A stretch of DNA of 64,000 nt from Octopus sinensis. Taxonomy: Eukaryota. The stretch is taken from contig NC_042998.1 in assembly GCF_006345805.1 (NCBI RefSeq), forward strand, positions 201,624,001 to 201,688,000, written 5' to 3'. A program made the position numbers and the translations under genes. Of the stretch, positions 56,221 to 64,000 are shown piece by piece; position 1 is the stretch's first letter, and the number at the start of each line of letters is the position of its first letter. Under the pieces are notes generated by a model. The model was not told the origin of the DNA, did no database searches, and saw only the letters and a program-made list of their open reading frames with translations.

Positions 56221-57732
56221 TTGTGAGAAACTATTTCTGACAACGTTCCCTCTGCTTGTTAAAAATAGTAATTACATATACGTTTTCAGTATTCTACAAT
56301 AATTAATATATATATATATTCTCTTTTATCTGCAACCAAGCTTAATGTTACAGCGATATAGTAATATCGACGCCATCATTTGTAGTTATAAATTAGCCGT
56401 AGCAGGTATTCCACAAATCCTTTACAAGAATCACCAGGAATTTCACGACTAACATTACTCTGTATTGTATATACTCGTATGCGCATAATATTTCTGTCAC
56501 TTACACGCTCCCACTTTATCTCTCCCTTACTTTTTCTCTTTCTTTCTCCCCCTTATTTTTACTATCCCCATCTCTCTCTACCTCTATCTTCCTCTCTCCT
56601 TTCTTTCGGTTTCAGTCTCTGATGCACAAGTTTGTTTTTCATACACAAGCATATTACCCTGCTCTGGAAGAGAAAATTGTTTCTTGAACATGGTTTACTG
56701 CACCGAGAAATTCAGGATAGTCCATATGAAAGATAGCGACAGATGAAGATTCAAAAAATCAAAGATGAATACAAGAATTATGGAAAGGTGTCTGTAAATA
56801 ATGTCTTAAACAATATTCCACCACTATATCAGAAAACGTTTCATTGATTTCCCTGTTACCTAATCAATCTTTCCCGTTGTAAAAATGAACAGTTATCATC
56901 CATTTTATATTCAGAGGTGGATATAATAAAGTACTAATTGATATATTGTTGACTGGCACAAGAGTATGGAATTATTTTCAGGCGAGAGACTAATACTGCA
57001 AATTCAGAATGAATCGATTTAAGACTTCTTGCATATTATGTGCAAGATTATTCTTCTAAGTAACGTCATCAGATGTCCGATTATAATTTACGGCGTATTT
57101 TATAGACACATGATCTGAAGAACTTTTATGTCAAACTGCACATTTAAAATTACATCAAACAGGTATTCGTTAAATTTTTCTACCAAGTGTACATCTGCAT
57201 ACAGGTTATATTCCAATGACCAAAATTATTTTGAAAATGTGAATGCTTCCAACTCAATTCCATCATATCAAACATAGCGCTTATATATAATTGCAGAGAA
57301 CTCGACGAATCTACAAAGACTTACATTTTTACATATGGATATATTTATAACAGCAAAGGCAAAATAACGATTAACCTGGATGAATGGAAGCAGAGAAATT
57401 GTTTCTCCGAAATGAAGTGATCTGGTGACTGACTAGCCATATGATAATCACAAACCCAGCAACATGGTTCAATCAAAGATTGGTTGATAGGTAATTTAAT
57501 TTAATTTGCTTCTTCTCTCCCATTCTCTCCCATTCTCTCCCATTCTCTCTCTCCCACACATACATTCATACATCAATATATACTTACATATACCTATACA
57601 TATGCATATATATAATAGTTTCAATATATATGTATATCTATCTGTGCTTAATAAGCATGCATTTTAAAAAAGCAAGATTAACGGAAATGCAAGTATGTTA
57701 AAATCTTTGACATGCTAGGGAATTATGAATAT

Positions 57733-57916
57733 CTATTTCTTTACTACCCACAAGGGGCTAAACACAGAGAGGACAAACAAGGACAGACAAACGGATTAAG
57801 TCGATTATATAGTCCCCAGTGCGAAAGGATGAAAGGTAAAGTCGGCCTCGGTGGAATTTGAACTCAGAACGTAATGGCAGACGAAATACCGCTAAATATT
57901 TCACCCGGCGTGCTAA
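57733..57916 (-). mobile_element. SINE family B, truncated and internally deleted
   Basis: Aligns to 27654-27882. Confidence 0.88.
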
Positions 57917-60900
57917 TACCATTTGCACGTAGCATTACATATCTAATGAGAAAGGATCTAGATCTATGCATGACCCCTTATATGTTGACAGAACCTTTTT
58001 TATTAATGTCTCCGATAGGATAAAATTCGAAGTTAGACTTGGTGTGTTTTGAAATATCAACTTAAAATCTCATAATATGTTTGGCAAAAGTTTTGGCGTC
58101 TGGCTCACCAATATCGCCTGTTACAATGTTGGCAGCTAGTAAGATATGATTACCGGTGGAGTTGCTGATTGCAAATTTATTGCTTGGGCTGCGTGAAGAT
58201 GTAACTGACAGCCTCTGGGAATGCTTAACAAAAGTTTTTATTACTGCACATAGATTTTTCAACTGTCTTGGTGTTTTACAAACAATAATAACAATAATTA
58301 CATACTGGAAGAGAAATACTGCTTGGAGTTTACGACAAGCTTACTGATACAACAATTTGTGGCTAGCCCGTCACCAAACATGATTGTGCAATACTCACGT
58401 CAATTAAGACCCCTGTAGCCTATCAGCCATCTGTCTTGGTCATCTGGTTGGCACGTGAATGGCGACACAACGCGAAGCTGCCCAAACATCCTCCTGCAAT
58501 TGCCACCAATGACAGCCAATTTATAGGGCACAAGGAGAATATTCTACAAGTTTGAATCGAATGATAACTTGAAGCTTATTGGTTGCATTATAGACTGATC
58601 ACTTGAAAATTCTTTGATTTCATCATGATGAATAACCCAACAGCTTTAGATAAGTTCCTTGATTTTCAAGCAAATGTTAAATAGGATGGCCTATGTGATA
58701 GAATGTAGTGTTCCTCATCTGCATAATAACCGGTTACATAGATGATCGGTTCGATCCCCACCACAAGCACATTGACTAATTATGTGAAAACTTTATACGG
58801 ATTAAAGTTGCTTTTATCATGAGACAACCCAAACATATATGCCAAGAAAAGCTACATAGTAAACGAACGCTAGAAACCAGCCACAACACACAACACAGGC
58901 CATGTACTAAGGAATATTTTGATAGCATATACACAAAGCCTTTAACCTAAATAAAAAATAAAGAATCCCGACATTGGCAGAGAAGCTATACAGAACAATT
59001 TAAAGAACTATCCTTTACCACACGTTCACAAAAGCAGCATAGCAAATGGGGGTTTGAACCTAAATTGATACAAGGCACTATTTTCTAGTCTCTCCCTTAT
59101 TTGAAGAATGCCATTTCAACTCGAAGTAGCAGAATTTTATTTACGTTAATGCTAATTATTAAAGATTCTTCTCATATATATTCGTTCCCTTTTCCATTGC
59201 TTTAGGTTTCTGTCAGATAAATATATGCGTACACACTTATATGTATGCATACATACATACATTCACACATACAGATATACATGTAAATATATGTGTGTGT
59301 ATCTCTGTATATGTACATTCATACAATACAAAACAGACATGAACTTGCATATAAACTTATATATGTAAATGTCTGTGTGTGAATATGTAGCTGTGTGATA
59401 TGTGTGATTGTTGTAAGTAAAAACATTTTTCGCATATTTAAATCCTCACTGATCAATCAATCTCTCTGTAATTATGCTCAGGCGCAAGATCACACACATA
59501 TGTAATTTTTATATATATATAATATACAAGCCAGGTTTTCATAATGTGTCATAGATCACGATATTTTTATCAGCTTGACTGGAAGCTGTTTCAATTGATA
59601 TCACTGCACATACTTAGTGGGAACTTGTTATGTGCTCACTGACTATATTAGATTCTTTACATTTTCTTGTATATTTGCCCTCCATCAAGTCAGTTTCTGA
59701 TATACCTGCTCAGAATACTTTTATCTAAAACTTTATTCACTTAATCGAATTCTACTTTTCCGTTAGGTCTTCATCCTTAGAGATTCAGATGCATATGATT
59801 AAATTTAAATAAGGTTAAACTGGATTTGACGCCATCTTCTAATACAATTATCCATGTAAAATTCCTGTACTGATATAAAACTGAAATAATGCCTTAATGC
59901 TTTTCTCTCACTGAGTGAATGTATAATTCTGTGCTGTGAAAATGATGTAATATCCATTTACCGAGTGCTGCATATTGACAATCCTTAACACTACTCCCGT
60001 TTTTACTCTCTCCTTTTTTTTATCATTTCCTTATAATCATAATGTAAATAAATTGGAATTTACTTTTTAAGAAACTCGTAAGGAAGTTATGCACGTTAAC
60101 GTAGTGTGTTCGAATTATTCAAATTGTTATGGTTTTGTGCGTGTACAAATTCATGACGATTGTATAGCCTCTCCACTTTGCATAAAATTATAAAACCTTG
60201 CTCCTTAAAGATATATCAATTTCCAGTCGTATATTTTACAGTTTCACATTACAGAAACTTACTGAGTTTACCTAGAAACAGAGGTTCTACCACAGAAGGG
60301 ATTTCGCTATGTAAAATATGTGTGTAAAAATTTTACACCTCCTTCATGTCTACATTGTGCTAAAAAACTGAGAAAATACTATTGGTCGTCGCAATTTAAA
60401 ATTAGAGTTTTACTAGATATAACAGTTGATGCCATATCCCTTACTATTTTCTGAAATATAGAACAAAGTGTTATACTGACTGGTGATACATTTGCATATT
60501 TAATTAAAATGTAATAAACAGTATTTTGAATATTTTTTAGATACCGCAAAATAGATCATAAAACGGTAAACTGTTTCATGTAAATGCAAAGACCGGAGTA
60601 AAAGAGTCTCTCTTCTATTAAGAGGAGATAACTATGGAATTTGTTATGAGAGGGTGATTCCGAAAATATAGTCGGGACAGTTACATTATATATGAGTATC
60701 AATCATTTCTGAAAGTTATGCAGTGATATAATTTATTAAGAATATCATTCCAGTGTAACAATGTAAATAGCTGCTACACTTCGGCTGCAGCGCGGAGGAA
60801 AGATTGCAAATATATTGATTTTATTACATTCCACTATTTTGGCTGACATCTATTTGTTACTCTAAAGTTTCTCGCTCAGTATTCCAATTCATCATAGCAT

Positions 60901-61010
60901 TTAACAGCTTCTATAAAAGAATAATGTTCACCACTGCAACCCTTATATTTTGTTCGTTTTCATTTTCTAGTTGCAAATATGTTATGATTGATACTGTAAG
61001 AAATTATTTA

Positions 61011-61700
61011 CGAACGTCGGTTGAAAAGGTCATAGATTGACGACGATACTCTCATAGAATTGGCACAACTGAGGTTTATTTTTCAAATTGGTCTCTGTTG
61101 CAGTCCACACACATCTTCCATTCATTGTTGCCGTGCATGGATCCCATTGGTGACGCTTTAGTAGCCTTCATCAAAAGTTCATTAACAGCCGATATGACCT
61201 CATCATCACTGCGGTACTGTGTTGCCAGCAAAGTATTTTTCTTTAATGTTGAGAAAAAGATGATAATCAGATGGGAACAATTTAGGAGAATAGAGCAAAT
61301 CCGCAGCAGCCAATAAAACCAACGGCTTGTATGCTTGACCTAATGTAACAAGAACCATTTTGTCAATCTTCTTGGGCGTTTGCTGTTGATAACCAATAGT
61401 AGCTACCTGAGCATATTGACATAGTACTCTCCATTGATGGTCTGGCGTTTTTGAAGAGAGACAAGAAATAAACTGACTTTTGCATGCCTCAAAACATGAG
61501 GCCATCACATTATCTGCAGATGAGAATACGCTATTGCCTTAGAGTGCACTTGATATTTTCTGGTCTTTGTTGCTGAAAGAATGTAATCAGTTTGAATTGT
61601 ATGCATTTACCAATCTGGTTAGTGTATGCCTTGAACTGACTCGATGTACTTGCAACAATTTCTGTACATCGAGAAATTCACTGCCTGACAAAATAGAGCG
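61011..61700 (-). pseudogene. Mariner transposase relic with one terminal inverted repeat
   Basis: SADNVMASCF (like SAGKVMASVF), TINGEYY, YSPKLFPSDYHLF (like YSPDLAPSDYHLF), GIHA..WKMCVD. TA|CGAACGTCGGTTGAAAAG end at 61009-61028. Confidence 0.85.
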
Positions 61701-61824
61701 GATGCCTTTCGTACAGGTCCGAATATACCACAAGCAAATTTGAACTGGGGACATGTCAGTATCTACACATATAAATGCTTAGCGCTATCAGGCCCGTATG
61801 TATATGTATGTGTCTGTGTTTGAC

Positions 61825-61877
<53 letters not shown>

Positions 61878-61880
61878 TAA

Positions 61881-62118
61881 TAAGGGTAGAAATTGATATT
61901 AATCAATTCAAACCAGTGGTTTAGCATATTTTTTTTTAAATCCGAAGATTAATGGCGATTAGACGTCAATGTGTAGCATATAGGGTGTCCACTTTAGTGG
62001 TCATTCCTCTAAATTTTTTATGTAACACAATTTTTAATCTTATATTTTAAATTTTATATGCTAGACCAATGGTGTGAAATCGATGTTAATTAAATTAATA
62101 TCTAATTTCTCACCCTCA
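61881..62118. mobile_element. MITE with about 50-60-bp imperfect terminal inverted repeats
   Basis: taagggtagaaattgatattaat...ccagtggtttagcatat (61881-61929) versus atatgctagaccaatgg...aatatctaatttctcaccctca (62056-62118). Confidence 0.7.
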
Positions 62119-62557
62119 TTTTAAATTTAAATTTAAATTAATACGTTCTCTAACCGACAAAGTAGTTTCTGCAGCATCAGCTTTTCCGGTAATTTAGCGC
62201 GCCATAATGAGGACATTTGAAATAGTAACCACGAGTGTAATGGGTAGAACTGTTTACAAATCTGACTTTGTGCGGACATCCTATAGTCCTGCAAATTATA
62301 TTCATCTGGACGGTCGCTTCGATTCTCTACGGATATTTATGTAAGTAAAATTACGTAATATGTTAATAGTGAAACATGTATGTGAATAATCCATATTTTT
62401 ATTGCTTTTTCTTTTGTCTTGCTCGGTTTCGTTTAGGTTGTCTTGCTAATTTTTTCTTGAGAACATTTCTTAGTGGTAAGACTTTAGCGGATTTATTTCT
62501 AGCAGAAGGGTGTCAACATAGTGGTTTCCCTCTAATATGTATATATATCTATATCTA

Positions 62558-62591
<34 letters not shown>

Positions 62592-62936
62592 AATGAATGT
62601 TTTTATATATAATGAACGTGAAATACAGGAAGGGACGAACACGGAACACAGACAAATCATTCGAAGCCTTCAATCTTCAGTCAGACCCGAATCATCATAG
62701 CAAATTTCGGCTGTTCAATTCTGATATTTGCTCCAACTCGCCAGCCCCAAGAAAAAAAAACTAAGCTGTAAGCATTAGATTTCTTGGTAGAAGACAGGAA
62801 TGTGAACGCACAAGACGGATGTGAATACAAGACATACAAATATTATGTTCTTATACATGTGTACACAAATAAATGTATATACATTTATATGTGCGTATAT
62901 TTGTATATACGTGCATATGTTTATATATATATATAT

Positions 62937-62967
<31 letters not shown>

Positions 62968-62992
62968 GATATATATAGATATATATATATGT

Positions 62993-63497
62993 ACCAAGAT
63001 ATCGAAAAGGAGACCTCACGGAGAGTAAGGGACAGAGGGAAGGCGTTTAATAGCACAGTTCTACCTGCAATGTTGTATGATAGTGAAACATGGGCTACAA
63101 CAAAGAGAGAAGAACAGATTGGTAACGGCTCAAAGAGCCATGGAGAGGTCAATGCTTGTAATCTTGTTGAGAGAGCACATCAGTAGCGAAGTTATCAAAC
63201 AGAAGTCCGGCGTGAGGGGTGTCATCGTAGAATATACACGCAGCAAATTTAGACGGGCTGGACATGTCACCCGGCTCACCAATAATCCGTGGACCGGCGC
63301 AGTCGTCGAGTGGTACCCGCACGAGCGAACACGAACACTCGGAAGGCCTCCACGACGGCGGAGTTACGATTTCAGGAGGACGATTGCGATCACGTAGATG
63401 AGAAATGCGCGATCCAGAGAGGAGTGGAGAGCGTGCTGTGACCAGCGGTGTCACATGGACGCCCGACGGACTGGTCGGTCAAGGTGATCAAGGTGAT
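62993..63497 (+). mobile_element. RTE-clade LINE, 5'-truncated 3' end
   Basis: FNSTVLPAMLYDSETW, RLVTAQRAMERSML, AGHVTRL...W, GRPPRR; tandem tail caaggtgatcaaggtgat. Confidence 0.88.
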
Positions 63498-63504
63498 ATG
63501 CTTT

Positions 63505-63876
63505 CTTTTTTCTCCTTTTACTTGATTCAGTAATTTGACTGCGGCCATGCTGGAGCGCCGCCATTAGTCGAGCAAATCGACCCCAGGACTTACTCTCTGT
63601 AAGCCTAGTACTTATTCTATCGGTTTCTTTTGCCGAACCGCTAAGTTACGGCGACGTAAACACATCGGTTGTCAAGCGATGTTGCGGGGACAAACATATA
63701 CATACACATACATATATATACACATATATACGACGGGCGTCTTTCAGTTTCCGTCCAAAAAATTCACTCACAAGGCTTTGGTTGTTCCGAGACTCTAGTA
63801 GAAGACACTTGCCCAAGGTGCCACGCAGAACCATGTAGTTCGTAAGCAATCTACATACCACACAGCCACTCCTGCG

Positions 63877-63878
<2 letters not shown>
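63505..63878 (-). mobile_element. SINE family A, near full length
   Basis: Reverse complement of 46986-47374 with small deletions. Confidence 0.92.
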
Positions 63879-63924
<46 letters not shown>

Positions 63925-63963
63925 CATGCACATTGATACATATATCCACACACCCACACAATA

Positions 63964-64000
<37 letters not shown>

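Noticed and set aside
60541-60565. Micro-exon candidate (ttttttag ... gtaaac; YRKIDHKT), plus another at about 60254-60310
   Set aside because: These are too short to distinguish from chance splice motifs without RNA-seq.
62640-62790. Further hammerhead (CTGAAGA...CGAA on the minus strand)
   Set aside because: No coherent stem II or stem III could be built.

Overview
This is AT-rich eukaryotic DNA dense in microsatellites and transposon remnants. The SINE repertoire resembles families known from octopus, so an octopod cephalopod is the likely source (inference from recognition, not a search). I can support no intact host protein-coding gene, rRNA, true tRNA gene or CRISPR array, and most ORF-track entries are microsatellite translations or decayed transposon frames. 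Supported content: (i) about eight fragments of R4/Dong-type restriction-like-endonuclease (REL) non-LTR retrotransposons between 13 and 33 kb, nearly all next to (TAA)n tracts; (ii) a young, 5'-truncated Tx1/L1-type element with an open 293-aa C-terminus inserted in a (GATA)n tract; (iii) RTE, Penelope-like (PLE), Helitron, mariner and DD41D-type relics; (iv) several tRNA-derived SINE families, some with clear target-site duplications; (v) a 1.09-kb near-perfect tandem duplication and a diverged array of about 7 tandem units at 24.5-28.9 kb. The most notable signal is minimal type-I hammerhead-ribozyme (HHR) architecture in four different repeats. One of these joins a tRNA-derived Pol III head, a (TAA)n spacer and an HHR tail, and is a candidate Penelope-mobilised 'ribozyme SINE'. 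All translations and alignments were done by eye. Irregular indels in microsatellites suggest some frameshifts may be sequencing errors.
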